DNA of 64,000 nucleotides from Microcoleus sp. (GCA_042408215.1 JAYFMW010000030.1:544001-608000); one strand, 5' to 3'; positions 52,195 through 63,378 are shown, counted from the first letter of the stretch. Notes: generated from the sequence alone by a model not told the origin. Numbers and translations are program-made.

Positions 52195-53628
52195 AAAACC
52201 CTGCGACTTGAGTCCAGGGATGAAAGGGCGAGGGAGACTTTAGTCTCCCAATTAGATACTTCTAAATATAGTACAATTAATCAAAGGAGGTGAAATTAAT
52301 GTACGCAGTGCAAAAAGATGTATGGCATTTAAAAGGACTTGACAAAACCATTGTTGAACAACTGTTGAGATGGTCAAACAATCTGTTTAATGTCGGAACT
52401 TACGAAAGTCGGCAACGGTACTTCAAAGACCAAGGCGCAATTAAATACCCAGACCTGTACAAAATTGCCAAAACCAACGAAAATTACGGATTGCTTTACT
52501 CGCAAGTGGCTCAACAATCCCTCAAATCTGTTGCTGAATCCTTTAGCTCTTTCCGAGCCTTAGAAAGGTTAGCCAAGAAAGGAGAACTTAATCAAAAACC
52601 GAGATTGCCCAAGTACAGAACCAAGGGAGCAATGTACCAGGTGACCTACCCTGGGCAAGCCTTGAAAATAGTCGGTAATCGGGTGAGACTACCTTTAGGA
52701 ACCAAAGGGAAAGAACACTTTGGGACAGATGCTCTCTGGGTGACTTTACCGGAAAGACTGAAGAATTGCCAGATTAAAGAACTTCGAATAATCCCTAGAA
52801 ATGGCAAGGTTTGGGTCGAATTTGTCCACGAAAGTCTAACCAAACAAGCCCCTAGCTGTAGCTGGGAAGTAACGGGAATTTTAGGTATTGATCATGGCAT
52901 CAATAACTGGCTAACTTGTGTTTCTAGTAATGGTAAACCATTTATTATTGATGGTCACAAATTAAAGTCTTGGAACCAAGGGTTTAACAAGGAAAAAGCC
53001 CGGATTCAATCAGAACACGCACGGTATAAATTACCCAAAGGTTTTTCGTCGAAAAGACTGCAACAGTTGTCAGAAAAACGCGCCAGAAGGATGAGAGATG
53101 CTGTTAACAAAGCAGTCAGAACCATCATTGATTATTGCGAAAATCATCAAATTAACTTCTTAGTCTTTGGTTGGAATAAAGGACAGAAGCAAGAAGTCAA
53201 TATGGGAGGTAAGACCAACCAGAACTTTGTCCAAATACCGACAGCTAAAGTTAAAGATAGACTCATGCAAGAGTGTGACTTAAGGGGTTGGCGATTTGTA
53301 GAGCAAGACGAATCTTACACCTCAAAATCAAGTTTTTTAGACCGAGATTTGTTGCCAGTGAAAGTCGGTGAAAAACCTGACAATTGGCAATCATCAGGTA
53401 AAAGAATTAAACGAGGTTTGTACCGTTCGGCTCAGGGATTAACTCTGAATGCCGATGTTAACGGTGCAGCAAACATCATCCGAAAATCAAAAGTAGCCAT
53501 AGACTCAGTTATTGAGCGAGTGGGTAGCGGGTTACTGACTAACCCTTTAAGAATTAAACTTTGGGCGGATTCATCCCCCCAAAGTTTGTCCTTAAGAATC
53601 CCCGTGTCTTCAGACCGGGGAGTGTCAA
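52195..53628 (+). mobile_element. IS200/IS605-family element (tnpB only), nested in a MITE
   Basis: Left hairpin CCCTG..CAGGG; right end AAGAATCCCCG..CGGGGAGTGTCAA. Confidence 0.75.
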
Positions 53629-53645
53629 TTCTCTCTCTTCTCTAA
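52290..53645 (+). CDS. tnpB: TnpB (IS605 OrfB)
   Basis: GIDHG, DESYTSK, NADVNGAANI. Confidence 0.9.
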   Translation: MKLMYAVQKDVWHLKGLDKTIVEQLLRWSNNLFNVGTYESRQRYFKDQGAIKYPDLYKIAKTNENYGLLYSQVAQQSLKSVAESFSSFRALERLAKKGELNQKPRLPKYRTKGAMYQVTYPGQALKIVGNRVRLPLGTKGKEHFGTDALWVTLPERLKNCQIKELRIIPRNGKVWVEFVHESLTKQAPSCSWEVTGILGIDHGINNWLTCVSSNGKPFIIDGHKLKSWNQGFNKEKARIQSEHARYKLPKGFSSKRLQQLSEKRARRMRDAVNKAVRTIIDYCENHQINFLVFGWNKGQKQEVNMGGKTNQNFVQIPTAKVKDRLMQECDLRGWRFVEQDESYTSKSSFLDRDLLPVKVGEKPDNWQSSGKRIKRGLYRSAQGLTLNADVNGAANIIRKSKVAIDSVIERVGSGLLTNPLRIKLWADSSPQSLSLRIPVSSDRGVSILSLL

Positions 53646-53746
53646 CTCTGCGTCCTCTGCGTCCTCTGCGGTTCAATCATTCCGATACAACCGGAAACGA
53701 TAGGATTCCCAATTCTTTAATCGCCCATCGAAAATCGCAAATGGTA

Positions 53747-54448
53747 TTACCTCCTAGCGATCGCAATACCCTGCCTAAAATGAACGATCGTCGCAATTAC
53801 AGCAATAGAAAAGTAAAATATTCTAATCAGCCAAAAACAAATGAGCATCGACCAAGAAACAATAGTCGGAGCTAGCCCTGTCAACTGCACGAATCTGGAG
53901 TTAACTTTTTTTTCAAAGCGATCGAGGTCTTTCATCTCAGATTGATTCGTAGGAATCACCGGAAACTGACCGGTATAGAAGTAATAGCCAAGAAAACCCT
54001 GCATTCCTACCTGTTTTTTCAAAAATGAGTCAGTTAATGTTGTAGTTTCAGCCGGCGATAATTTGTCCAATTCTTCTACTTTTTCCAGCCAATGATTATA
54101 TCTAATAATCGGCGTACTCATAAAAACCAAGGGAACGATCGCTATCAACAAAATAGCACTAACTTGGCGACCGTATTGAGGCTTTAAAAGTCTGGTAGCC
54201 AAACCAAATCCCATACCAATAAAAGCAAAGATTAAGATATTTAATAATTCAATAATTTCGATGCCTCTCAACAAATCGCCCAGAATTAAAATTGTATATA
54301 ATATTTTGTCTGCCAACATCAGGGCGACAAATTTGATCAGGACTGAAATGCCCACAATCATCGCTGCACTCGCTACATAGCCGATGCCACCTAACAGGTA
54401 CAATAAAAGCGAACGAACTTGTTTGAATGACTGCTGCATATTATTCAC
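53747..54448 (-). CDS. Hypothetical multi-pass membrane protein
   Basis: Several hydrophobic segments. Confidence 0.7.
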   Translation of the reverse strand: MNNMQQSFKQVRSLLLYLLGGIGYVASAAMIVGISVLIKFVALMLADKILYTILILGDLLRGIEIIELLNILIFAFIGMGFGLATRLLKPQYGRQVSAILLIAIVPLVFMSTPIIRYNHWLEKVEELDKLSPAETTTLTDSFLKKQVGMQGFLGYYFYTGQFPVIPTNQSEMKDLDRFEKKVNSRFVQLTGLAPTIVSWSMLICFWLIRIFYFSIAVIATIVHFRQGIAIARR

Positions 54449-54452
54449 TAAC

Positions 54453-55304
54453 TCAAAGGTGAGAAGCAGGATCGATCAGTCCCCGCCTGGCCGCCTGTGT
54501 GACTTGTGCGATCCGTTCTTTCATCACACTCTCTTCCACAGCATTTTGCTCCGACTGCTGTTGTCGATCGCTCCCTAACCATAAAAGATACTCGATATTG
54601 CCAGCCGGGCCAAGTAAAGGCGACCAAGTTAAGCCCCGTTCTTCCCATCCTAAAGCAATGGCTGCTTTCCACACTTGGAAAATCGCATCGGCTTGGGTGG
54701 CTGAGTCTCGCACTACGCCTTTTTTCCCGACGCGATCGCGCCCAACCTCAAACTGCGGCTTTACCAGCAACACCACTTCTCGCGGTGGCGCCAACAACTC
54801 CCACAGCGCCGGTAAAATCTTATCCAGGGAAATAAACGACACATCTACTACCGCCAAATCTGCTAGGGTCGAGTCGCCATAAAGCTCAGCAGCCGTCATA
54901 TACCGCAAATTGGTGCGTTCTTTCAAAATTACCCTCGGATCGTTCCTCAAGCCCCAATCAGCTTGACCGTAGCCAACATCTATCCCATAGACTTTCGCTG
55001 CACCGGCTTGCAGCAAACAGTCGGTAAAACCGCCTGTGGAAATGCCACCATCGAGACAAATTCTCTCTGTAATGGAAATGGCAAAAACTTCTAAAGCTTT
55101 AGCTAATTTTTCGCCGCCTCTAGAAACGTAGCGCGATCGCTCTTTAATCTGAATGTTTGCCGCCATGTCAACCTCAGTGCCCGGTTTGTCAACTAGCTGC
55201 TGGTTGACTGTGACTTTCCCAGTCCGAATCAAAGCTTGAGCTTGTTGTCTAGAAGTACACAAATCTAGGTTGACCAATAAAGTATCTAGTCGCTGTTTAG
55301 CCAA
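54453..55304 (-). CDS. tlyA: TlyA-family rRNA methyltransferase
   Basis: S4 domain, YVSRGGEKL, DGGISTGGFTD, KPQFE, GNIEY. Confidence 0.92.
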   Translation of the reverse strand: MAKQRLDTLLVNLDLCTSRQQAQALIRTGKVTVNQQLVDKPGTEVDMAANIQIKERSRYVSRGGEKLAKALEVFAISITERICLDGGISTGGFTDCLLQAGAAKVYGIDVGYGQADWGLRNDPRVILKERTNLRYMTAAELYGDSTLADLAVVDVSFISLDKILPALWELLAPPREVVLLVKPQFEVGRDRVGKKGVVRDSATQADAIFQVWKAAIALGWEERGLTWSPLLGPAGNIEYLLWLGSDRQQQSEQNAVEESVMKERIAQVTQAARRGLIDPASHL

Positions 55305-55571
55305 GGTTTTTAATCTGTACCGATCGAGTAAAGGACAGTACCAGATTAGCACTTACGATCGCAAGTCCCCGGAACGCGGTCGTGGGAGCAATCTCAAATC
55401 TCAAATCCGATGATGGGCGATCGGCCTCACCCCGGTTTATGTGAGTTCTCTCACTGGATTTGTTGAGTTTTATCACAAAAAGACCTTCCTCTCATCACAC
55501 CAAAACTTGCGGGACTAGCAGATGATGTAGAACAGGTCAAAGCACGACAAATAAAATACTAACAATCGGCC

Positions 55572-55769
55572 ATGAAAAACTATAACTTTCCCATCAGAAA
55601 TCCCGACCATTATCCAGAACATCCGATCGCCATCGTCAGCCGCGACATCATCCACATTCTCTACCCCAACGGCCAAGTAGAAGCCGCCACAGTCGATCAA
55701 ATTGATTTCCTCAAAACTAAAACTTCCCTTGACAAATGCCTCGTTTGGGGATATGTAGACGTTCTTTAA
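55572..55769 (+). CDS. Small hypothetical protein
   Basis: 65-aa ATG ORF followed by a terminator-like hairpin. Confidence 0.45.
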   Translation: MKNYNFPIRNPDHYPEHPIAIVSRDIIHILYPNGQVEAATVDQIDFLKTKTSLDKCLVWGYVDVL

Positions 55770-55959
55770 CAAATAAAAAAGACCGCTTCTTTGCGCTCGA
55801 TGCCCAAAAAAGCGATCCCTTAACTCAAATTGCTAGTTATCCAATCAAAATTGACAAAAATTAACAATCGACGATTCAGGGTGGCAAATAGGAAATAGCA
55901 ACCACCAATCACCAATCACCAATTACCAGTTACCAATCACCAACAACTAGCAAATTGAC

Positions 55960-56469
55960 TTAAATATCTTGTTCGCTCAATTCGCGAATCATGTAATCAA
56001 AAGGCTGTTCCAGAAAAGGCCCCACAGACAAGCCAGCAGCTTCCACTTGAGCCTTAACCATCTCCTTCATAATACTAATCCCCATCACCGTCGGGCCAAT
56101 GGGTACACCCAGAGAATTGTAAGTTTCCCGCAAACCTTGCAGCACCCGCTCATCAAGCACATCTGTACTTCCAGCCACCAGGGCGTAAGTAGCATAGCGC
56201 AAGTAATAGTCCATATCCCGCAGACAAGCCGCGTAACGACGAGTCGTGTAGGCATTTCCACCAGGACGGATCAGTTCTGGCTGTTCAGCGAATAGCTGAA
56301 TACCAGCTTGCTTGACAATTGCCGCAGCATTGCTATTAATTGCAGCAGCAGCAAGTACCCGTGCTGTACCCGTTGCAAAATAAGATTTCAACCGATCGAT
56401 ACCATCCCGGTCTAAATACTTACCAGCAACATCATAATTTTCAATCAGACTCGTCACTGCATCCCGCAT
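55960..56469 (-). CDS. apcF: Allophycocyanin beta-18 subunit
   Basis: MRDAVTSLIENYDVAGKYLD..AACLRDMDYYLRY; 169 aa; divergent from glnA. Confidence 0.93.
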   Translation of the reverse strand: MRDAVTSLIENYDVAGKYLDRDGIDRLKSYFATGTARVLAAAAINSNAAAIVKQAGIQLFAEQPELIRPGGNAYTTRRYAACLRDMDYYLRYATYALVAGSTDVLDERVLQGLRETYNSLGVPIGPTVMGISIMKEMVKAQVEAAGLSVGPFLEQPFDYMIRELSEQDI

Positions 56470-56701
56470 AAGTTTCTCTCCCAAAAATCTTTATCAATAC
56501 TTTGCTATCTGAGACAGACCGCCTATTGTAGACTACTACAAATCGGCATTTGATTAAGATTTGAGATGAGATCTTCACTCCAGGTAGTCAATCCCGGCAG
56601 AATCACCAAAATTCTGCCCAATACTTGTATCTTCAGCCGAAAAATCCACAGAACAAGACTAGCGAACTGTTCGGCCACCCTCATGCCCCTTGGCAAATTT
56701 T

Positions 56702-56743
56702 GTATCGAGAGATACAATAATCTAGGTACTGAATGCCTATCAT
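56702..56743 (+). promoter_or_regulatory. NtcA-activated promoter of glnA
   Basis: GTA-TCGAGAGA-TAC (GTA-N8-TAC), a 22-nt spacer, then TATCAT -10. Confidence 0.85.
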
Positions 56744-56823
56744 CGCCGAAATAGTCTGAAATCTGCCGTTAGCGAAGCCCTCGAAGAGGATCGCCCAGAC
56801 CAAACCAATATCAGGAGTAAGTC

Positions 56824-58245
56824 ATGTTCCAGACACCCCAAGAAGCCTTAAACTACATAAAAGAAAATAAAATCCAGATCGTTGACCTCAAATTCATTGA
56901 TATGCCGGGGATCTGGCAACACCTATCCCTGTTCCACGACCAAATCGACGAAACCGCATTCACAGACGGCGTACCCTTCGACGGTTCCAGCATACGGGGC
57001 TGGAAAGCCATCAACGAATCAGACATGACAATGGTCATCGATCCTACCACCGCTTGGATCGACCCCTTCATGGCAGAACCCACCCTCAGCTTCATTTGCA
57101 GCATCAAAGAACCCCGCACAGGCGAACCCTACGGCCGCTGTCCCCGCACCATAGCCCAAAAAGCCGTAGACTACTTAGTTACCACCGGTCTCGGCGATAC
57201 CGCATTCTTTGGCCCGGAAGCAGAATTCTTCATTTTTGACGACGTTCGCTACGACCAAACCCAAAACAGTGGCTATTATTATGTAGACTCAATAGAAGGA
57301 CGTTGGAATTCCGGCAAAGAAGAACCAGGCGGCAACCTCGGCTACAAACCTCGCTACAAAGAAGGTTATTTCCCCGTTGCACCAACCGATACCTCTCAAG
57401 ACATGAGAACGGAAATGCTGCTGACAATGGCAAAATGCGGCGTACCCATTGAAAAGCACCACCACGAAGTCGCCACCGGCGGCCAGTGCGAACTCGGCTT
57501 CCGCTTTGACACTTTAGTCAAAGCCGCTGACTATTTGCTGACTTACAAATATGTCATCAAAAACGTCGGCAAAAAATACGGCAAAACCATAACTTTTATG
57601 CCCAAACCCTTGTTTAACGACAACGGTTCCGGGATGCACGTTCACCAGTCAATTTGGAAAGACGGTCAACCCCTATTTGCTGGCGATCGATATGCTGGTT
57701 TCAGTCAAATGGGACTGCATTACATCGGCGGTATTCTCAAGCACGCACCAGCACTTTTGGCACTCACCAATCCCACAACTAATTCCTATAAACGGTTGGT
57801 TCCGGGTTTTGAAGCGCCTGTAAACTTAGCTTACTCTCAAGGAAATCGATCGGCCTCAGTACGGATTCCCTTGTCGGGAACCAACCCCAAAGCTAAACGC
57901 TTAGAATTCCGCTGTCCCGATGCCAGTTCTAACCCCTATCTAGCCTTTGCAGCCATGCTGTGCGCGGGCCTAGACGGCATCAAGAATCAAATCGATCCCG
58001 GTGAACCTTTGGATGTGGATATCTACGACCTTTCCCCTGAAGAATTGAGCAAAATTCCTTCGACTCCCGGTTCCTTGGAAGGTGCTTTGGAAGCTTTGGA
58101 ACAAGACCACGGTTTCTTGACTGAAACTGGCGTATTTACCGAAGACTTCATCAAAACTTGGATTTCCTACAAACTCGACAATGAAGTCAACCCGATGCGG
58201 TTACGTCCTCACCCCTACGAGTTTGCTTTGTACTACGATTGTTAG
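56824..58245 (+). CDS. glnA: Glutamine synthetase type I
   Basis: [37 protein letters not shown]. Confidence 0.97.
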   Translation: MFQTPQEALNYIKENKIQIVDLKFIDMPGIWQHLSLFHDQIDETAFTDGVPFDGSSIRGWKAINESDMTMVIDPTTAWIDPFMAEPTLSFICSIKEPRTGEPYGRCPRTIAQKAVDYLVTTGLGDTAFFGPEAEFFIFDDVRYDQTQNSGYYYVDSIEGRWNSGKEEPGGNLGYKPRYKEGYFPVAPTDTSQDMRTEMLLTMAKCGVPIEKHHHEVATGGQCELGFRFDTLVKAADYLLTYKYVIKNVGKKYGKTITFMPKPLFNDNGSGMHVHQSIWKDGQPLFAGDRYAGFSQMGLHYIGGILKHAPALLALTNPTTNSYKRLVPGFEAPVNLAYSQGNRSASVRIPLSGTNPKAKRLEFRCPDASSNPYLAFAAMLCAGLDGIKNQIDPGEPLDVDIYDLSPEELSKIPSTPGSLEGALEALEQDHGFLTETGVFTEDFIKTWISYKLDNEVNPMRLRPHPYEFALYYDC

Positions 58246-58324
58246 ATAAGTTAATAATTAAAAATTAAAAGTTAAAAATGGTAATTATACCATTTTTAAC
58301 CGAGGATTTTTAATTAAAAAGAAC

Positions 58325-58350
58325 GCCGCCCTTAAAAGCGGCTTCTTTTT
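58325..58350 (+). terminator. Probable intrinsic terminator after glnA
   Basis: GCCGC-ccttaaaa-GCGGC followed by TTCTTTTT. Confidence 0.5.
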
Positions 58351-58354
58351 GAGT

Positions 58355-58849
58355 TTAGAACTGCTGGATCGGGGCCCAGACTCTCCCGTTACCCGACACT
58401 ATCTGGGCAACGCTGTGAGTAGTAGGGCCCATTGTAGCCTCAGAGACATCCTCTACAGCCCATTTATTTGCTTTCTCATCAACAATAAACAAATCGTTAG
58501 CGGTAGTGCCTTCTTGAATTCGATATATTTTATTGAGAATAAAACGCTGGTTAGCCTCGGCTTTTGGTATGCCCGTAACTTCATCAGGATCGATGGAAAT
58601 GGCACTGCCTTCTTTTAATGTGCCTTTGGAATTGCTCAAATTTGGCTGTGTCTTTCCTGCTACTTGCGGGTGGCCGGGCCGCTCCCTCGGTACAGGATAT
58701 GATAAATTAGAGACACTAGCGATCGCCCCATATGCTTGCCAACCAAGAAGTGTAGCACTAGCCGTCAAAATCACCCAAGTTTTCCAATAATTCACAGCAA
58801 TTAAACTCCTAAACAGATGATTCCCAGCATCAGAAATAGAACCGTTCAA
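58355..58849 (-). CDS. Hypothetical exported protein
   Basis: Hydrophobic N-terminal segment; start uncertain. Confidence 0.55.
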   Translation of the reverse strand: MNGSISDAGNHLFRSLIAVNYWKTWVILTASATLLGWQAYGAIASVSNLSYPVPRERPGHPQVAGKTQPNLSNSKGTLKEGSAISIDPDEVTGIPKAEANQRFILNKIYRIQEGTTANDLFIVDEKANKWAVEDVSEATMGPTTHSVAQIVSGNGRVWAPIQQF

Positions 58850-59303
58850 ACCTTTTTTTCTTTGAAGAGTGAACTGGTTTTATTCTAAACTAAAAACTTA
58901 CTTGATTCAAGAATTGTCGCAATTCTTAATTTGTCAATGATTGAAATATTTACCGACCTACTTGAATTAAAGCCATCCGAAAAGGCGATGTGCTGAGCCC
59001 TTCGGCGCAGTTTACCCGCGAGCGTCGCGGCGCACGCTCCCCCTTCGGCTACGCTCAGGATAAACTCCGTCGAAGTCTCGAAGGGCTCAGGATAAACTGC
59101 ATCGAAGTAACGGGGTTTTAAACCCATTTTTCTGATCGTAAACATCTCCAAAAAAGCCTGTGCAAAACAGGACGGCGGTGGCCGAGCCCGAAATCGAAGG
59201 GATGCCTGTTTTACCAACCAACTTCTACCTGGCGAGTGAATTAGGAATCCCAAAAACTGCGTTACAATCCTAAAGGTATCTTTACAAAAAAAAACATAAA
59301 ACA

Positions 59304-60209
59304 ATGACCGTAGCCTATCCCCGCAAGCTTCGCAATGGCATGGGAGCCCGTGAAATTTTAGCTCAAGTCGTGGGCGATCGCGAAATTCACCCGATCGCCC
59401 TCAACCGCTACCGCTTTAGCGAACAGCGCAGTTGCAAAGACCTCACCGACTTGATCGAACAGCTAGACGGGGAACCAGCCGAACTCGTCCGCGACCTCTC
59501 CCGGCACATTGCTGATGAAGCGCGACACGCCATGTGGCTGACTGACTTGCTGGTAGATATCGGCTGTGACATTGGTAAGCCGCCGGGAGTATCCTACATC
59601 GACGAGTTTGAAAGACTCCTCGACAGCGACCAAAAAGACCCCGCCAAAGACCGGGAAGACTTTGTAATTTCTTCCCTAGCCGCAATTAACGTCACCGAAA
59701 AGCGGGGCTGCGAATACTTCTCAGCGCACATCCACGCCCTGAAAAACGCTCCGCAAACTGATGAAAACGTCAAAATCCGCGAAACTATCGAAAAGATCTT
59801 TCCCGAAGAAGCAGGCCACGTCCGCTGGGGGAATCGCTGGCTGGGAAAAATAGCGGCCGAAAGCCCCGCCCACGCACAGAAAGTAGAACAGGCTAAGCGG
59901 AAGTATGTGGCGATCGAACAAGCTGCATTTGCATCGGGAATGGATATCATGCTGGGGGCGGAACTGCGCCGTGTCACTCGCTTGGTGGATATTGCTAACA
60001 CGATGCCTATGTGGGAACGGCCCCAATACTTGATGGAACGGTTGGCTGGAACTTTGCTGGCCCCGGATTTGCAAATGACTAGAGTTAATGTGGCTCAGCG
60101 GGCCTGGAACCGTGACCCCCAGGCATTTGTGGAGAAGTTTGTGCCGATGTTTCTCAATGGGCTCAATAACAACCAGAAGAAGCCGGCGGCGACTAAGCCT
60201 AGGGCTTGA
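59304..60209 (+). CDS. Ferritin-like di-iron domain protein
   Basis: E..DEARH / E..EEAGH di-iron ligand pattern. Confidence 0.8.
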   Translation: MTVAYPRKLRNGMGAREILAQVVGDREIHPIALNRYRFSEQRSCKDLTDLIEQLDGEPAELVRDLSRHIADEARHAMWLTDLLVDIGCDIGKPPGVSYIDEFERLLDSDQKDPAKDREDFVISSLAAINVTEKRGCEYFSAHIHALKNAPQTDENVKIRETIEKIFPEEAGHVRWGNRWLGKIAAESPAHAQKVEQAKRKYVAIEQAAFASGMDIMLGAELRRVTRLVDIANTMPMWERPQYLMERLAGTLLAPDLQMTRVNVAQRAWNRDPQAFVEKFVPMFLNGLNNNQKKPAATKPRA

Positions 60210-60218
60210 AAATAAGTC

Positions 60219-60412
60219 CGGCAGGGGTTGAAATCAGTAAACGGCAGGGGTTGAAATCAGTAAACGGCAGGGGTTGAAATCAGTAAACGGCAGGGGTTGA
60301 AATCAGTAAACGGCAGGGGTTGAAATCAGGAAACGGCAAGGGTTGAAATCAGGAAACGGCAGTGCCGTTTCCCTACCTGATTATTTTGGGGTAGGGAAAC
60401 GGCACTGCCGTC
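60219..60412. repeat. Six tandem 23-bp units running into a GTAG-type REP doublet
   Basis: CGGCAGGGGTTGAAATCAGTAAA x6, then GGCAGTGCCGTTTCCCTAC / GTAGGGAAACGGCACTGCCG. Confidence 0.85.
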
Positions 60413-60505
60413 TCCTCCGTTCTACTGGTTCCCAGGTAGAGTCGGGGAACCAGGAACCAGTTAAGGTAAAATGATGATTGGAATAGTTTCCATCTAATTA
60501 CAACC

Positions 60506-61009
60506 ATGACTACCAGCGAACCCAACCAAGAAACAGTTTCCACTGAAAGCCTCTCAAGTGAAAGTGCGATCGCCTCTGAGCAGGTCGAAACAGCCACAGC
60601 AGTCAGTTATACAGAAGAAATTGAAACTGTCATCGCCAGCATGGCTGTAGACCAAAAAGTCATGGTCGGTCAAAATGAAGCTGGCGGACATCTTTGGAAA
60701 TTCAAGTACGGTAGTGTCGAAGTGTTGGTGCAACTCACGGGCGAAACGGAAGATGATACTTTGACTGTATGGGCTTTTGTGCTTCAGTTGCCGGCTAAGA
60801 ATGAAGCTCAGTTAATGCGGAAACTTCTGGAAATGAATTGGCTGTCTACTTTGGAATCTCATTTTGCGATCGTTGATAATCAAGTTGCAGTAATTTCTAC
60901 TCGGACGATCGCCGAAATCTCGACTGGGGAAATTTCTCGCGCTATTACTATTGTCGCGACTATCGCCGATGACAATGACGATCTTCTGCAAGCTGAATTT
61001 GGACTGTAG
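60506..61009 (+). CDS. YbjN/CesT-like chaperone-fold protein
   Basis: WKFKYGSVEV..LMRKLLEMNW..EISRAITIVATIADDND. Confidence 0.75.
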   Translation: MTTSEPNQETVSTESLSSESAIASEQVETATAVSYTEEIETVIASMAVDQKVMVGQNEAGGHLWKFKYGSVEVLVQLTGETEDDTLTVWAFVLQLPAKNEAQLMRKLLEMNWLSTLESHFAIVDNQVAVISTRTIAEISTGEISRAITIVATIADDNDDLLQAEFGL

Positions 61010-61100
61010 GGTGCGCGACTTTTAGGCGATAGACATTCCGCTAAATTATTGGCAGTTGTGCACCTGAAACTTAAGTAAGGTGCGCTACTCTTAGGTCTAT

Positions 61101-61583
61101 TTATTTAAACAGAAATGGTTTGATACAGGTCGCCATACGATCTAGTTCTGGTTTGTTGTGTTTGAGAAGATTATGTCCCCATAACTTACTTGTGTTGTCT
61201 GAACAATCTTTGGCAAGAGCTTCACCAATCTCCTCAAAAGTCTTTTTGCTCTCTCTTTTTAGATGCTCTGGTTCAGATAGCACTCCCAGCACGAATACTC
61301 TTGCTTTTAGGTCATCTGGAATATGACTTTCTACATAACTCAACCGATTTTCATCATCATCAAAATCAATAAACAAAACAATCCTTCTGTGTGAGTATTT
61401 TCGCATTTCAGGGGCATGATCGTCCGTGAAGGACTTAACAACGTTTTTCCAACCACGAAGAGGTGGCAGGACTTGAATAGCACGGTCATTAAGATTTGGA
61501 TGGAGAACAAATCCGTTTGCAATGTGGATATTAGCCTCGTCTTCGGGCAACACCAGAATGTGCGGTTTATACTTATTACTCAT
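61101..61583 (-). CDS. Hypothetical TOPRIM-like protein
   Basis: ILVLPED and FIDFD acidic motifs; 4-bp overlap with the ATPase. Confidence 0.55.
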   Translation of the reverse strand: MSNKYKPHILVLPEDEANIHIANGFVLHPNLNDRAIQVLPPLRGWKNVVKSFTDDHAPEMRKYSHRRIVLFIDFDDDENRLSYVESHIPDDLKARVFVLGVLSEPEHLKRESKKTFEEIGEALAKDCSDNTSKLWGHNLLKHNKPELDRMATCIKPFLFK

Positions 61584-62689
61584 AGCTCTATATCGCCACG
61601 AATTAAAGTATTTACAAGATCGCCTCTAACAGGTAGATCGCTGAGCAATCTGACCAAAGTTGGCTCTAAGTGGCTTTTTCGATCTAATACAAAGATATTT
61701 TCATTTGAAAACTTGCGGATTGCTTCCTCATTATGCGAGGTCACTAAAATTTGACCACTATTTTTAAATGAGCGTCGCAGAGACATGACAAAATGTCCAA
61801 CCTCCGATAAGGATAGATAGTTATCAGGCTCATCCCAGAAGCAAAAAAGTGGGCCATAGGATTTGTTGGCAGCCAAGACGACAGCGCAAAGAAAAAAGCA
61901 TTTCTCACCGTCTGATAAGTCTTTAAAGTAAACACTCAGATTCGCATTATTTTCTTCAAACCGAACAATCATGCTTTTGAAGTCTTTGCCGATGAGTTCA
62001 TTCAGAAAATCCTTAATGTCAGGCATAACTTCTCGGAGATATTGGTCTACCTGTGTGTAGGCGGCAGGATAGCGACTGAGTAACCCAGAAAACCACTCCC
62101 CAAAGTTTGAACCATCTCGCTTTGGCTCTAAAGTTTCGCCGCTGGAGTCTCCAGTCATCAAGCTGGGAATCGGGGCTAAAATGATTATGCGAGCAAGCCA
62201 AATCTTAAAAATATGAAGCGGATCAGTCTCAGATTGCTCCTGAATTACTGGAAGGGCAACAAGATGCCAATCCACCAGAAACTGAGCTTCACGATTTTGC
62301 GAGCTGGTGTGAAGAGTGACTTGGGCTTCTTTTCGAGAGTAAATTGGATCTCCTGCAACTAGCAGTTGCTCTTCAAAAACTCGAAGCTCTCTAAATTTTT
62401 CTGGCAACTCCAAGGCAAGGACATATTTGTATAATTTATCCTCCAGTAATACTTCTATTTCAAACCGGATCGGGACATCAGACCTTCCACGAGCGAAATC
62501 TTTCGACCCGACGAGTTGTCCAACTCTATTTATTCCTCGACCGATGCGCTGAAGTACCTCTAATGCAATGGCGATAGTTGATTTACCTGCACCGTTTTTT
62601 CCAATCAAAAGAGCGGATGGCGTCCCCTGTATGTTCAGTTCAAAATTTTCTAGGCATCTGAAGTTGTTTATATATAGTCTTTGGATCAT
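61580..62689 (-). CDS. ABC-type (AAA_21/AAA_15) ATPase
   Basis: INNFRCL, GKNGAGKS, LSDGE, WDEPD, TSH. Confidence 0.88.
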   Translation of the reverse strand: MIQRLYINNFRCLENFELNIQGTPSALLIGKNGAGKSTIAIALEVLQRIGRGINRVGQLVGSKDFARGRSDVPIRFEIEVLLEDKLYKYVLALELPEKFRELRVFEEQLLVAGDPIYSRKEAQVTLHTSSQNREAQFLVDWHLVALPVIQEQSETDPLHIFKIWLARIIILAPIPSLMTGDSSGETLEPKRDGSNFGEWFSGLLSRYPAAYTQVDQYLREVMPDIKDFLNELIGKDFKSMIVRFEENNANLSVYFKDLSDGEKCFFLCAVVLAANKSYGPLFCFWDEPDNYLSLSEVGHFVMSLRRSFKNSGQILVTSHNEEAIRKFSNENIFVLDRKSHLEPTLVRLLSDLPVRGDLVNTLIRGDIEL

Positions 62690-62905
62690 AGCAAAACGAC
62701 TCCAAGGAGTGGGAAGTGAAAAAACTTTTTGAACTTTTTGATCTGCTTAATTAGGGAATAGGCACTGCCATAAACTTCCAAAAAGTTCGGGTGCTTTTCT
62801 GAGCTAGAGACGGATTAGTTGGCGAACTATTAATCCCTGCCGCCGACATTTACCTCCAACTCGTCAAAAAACACCACTTCCCCAAATCTACTCCAAACTC
62901 CAAAC

Positions 62906-63364
62906 TTAATAAGCAGGCCCGGCCAGCCAAGAAATAGTTATTCCTAGCCCCAAACCGACAAACACTTGAAAAGGAGTATGTCCTAGCAACTCCTTCAGAC
63001 GAGCCTCATTAAAATTGTGGTCTTCCTCAAAAAACTCATCAATAATTTGATTGAGGATGCGAGCTTGCTTGCCGGCAGCTTGGCGGACGCCAGCAGCATC
63101 GTACATGACAATAATCGCAAAAATCGTAGCGATCGCAAACTCTGGACTTTCCCATCCCAGCGTTTGTCCCACCCCAGAAGCCAAAGCACCCACAAAAGCC
63201 GAGTGAGAGCTAGGCATTCCGCCAGTTGTGACTAAATTCCGAAGATTAAACTTCCGATTTTTGATTAATTCGATCGGCAATTTCAATACTTGAGCAGCCA
63301 GACAAGCGATTAAAGAAATCACCAGTACATGATTGTTTAAGATGCCGCTGCAAATTTCCTGCAT
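62906..63364 (-). CDS. Divergent PAP2 family (DUF212)
   Basis: GGMPSSHSA, VMYDAAGVR, LGHTP. Confidence 0.9.
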   Translation of the reverse strand: MQEICSGILNNHVLVISLIACLAAQVLKLPIELIKNRKFNLRNLVTTGGMPSSHSAFVGALASGVGQTLGWESPEFAIATIFAIIVMYDAAGVRQAAGKQARILNQIIDEFFEEDHNFNEARLKELLGHTPFQVFVGLGLGITISWLAGPAY

Positions 63365-63378
63365 AGTATTTGGCATTT

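Noticed and set aside
60219..60356. 23-bp repeats containing GGGTTGAAA, resembling a CRISPR repeat end
   Set aside because: The units are contiguous with no spacers and no cas genes nearby; this is a tandem expansion beside a REP
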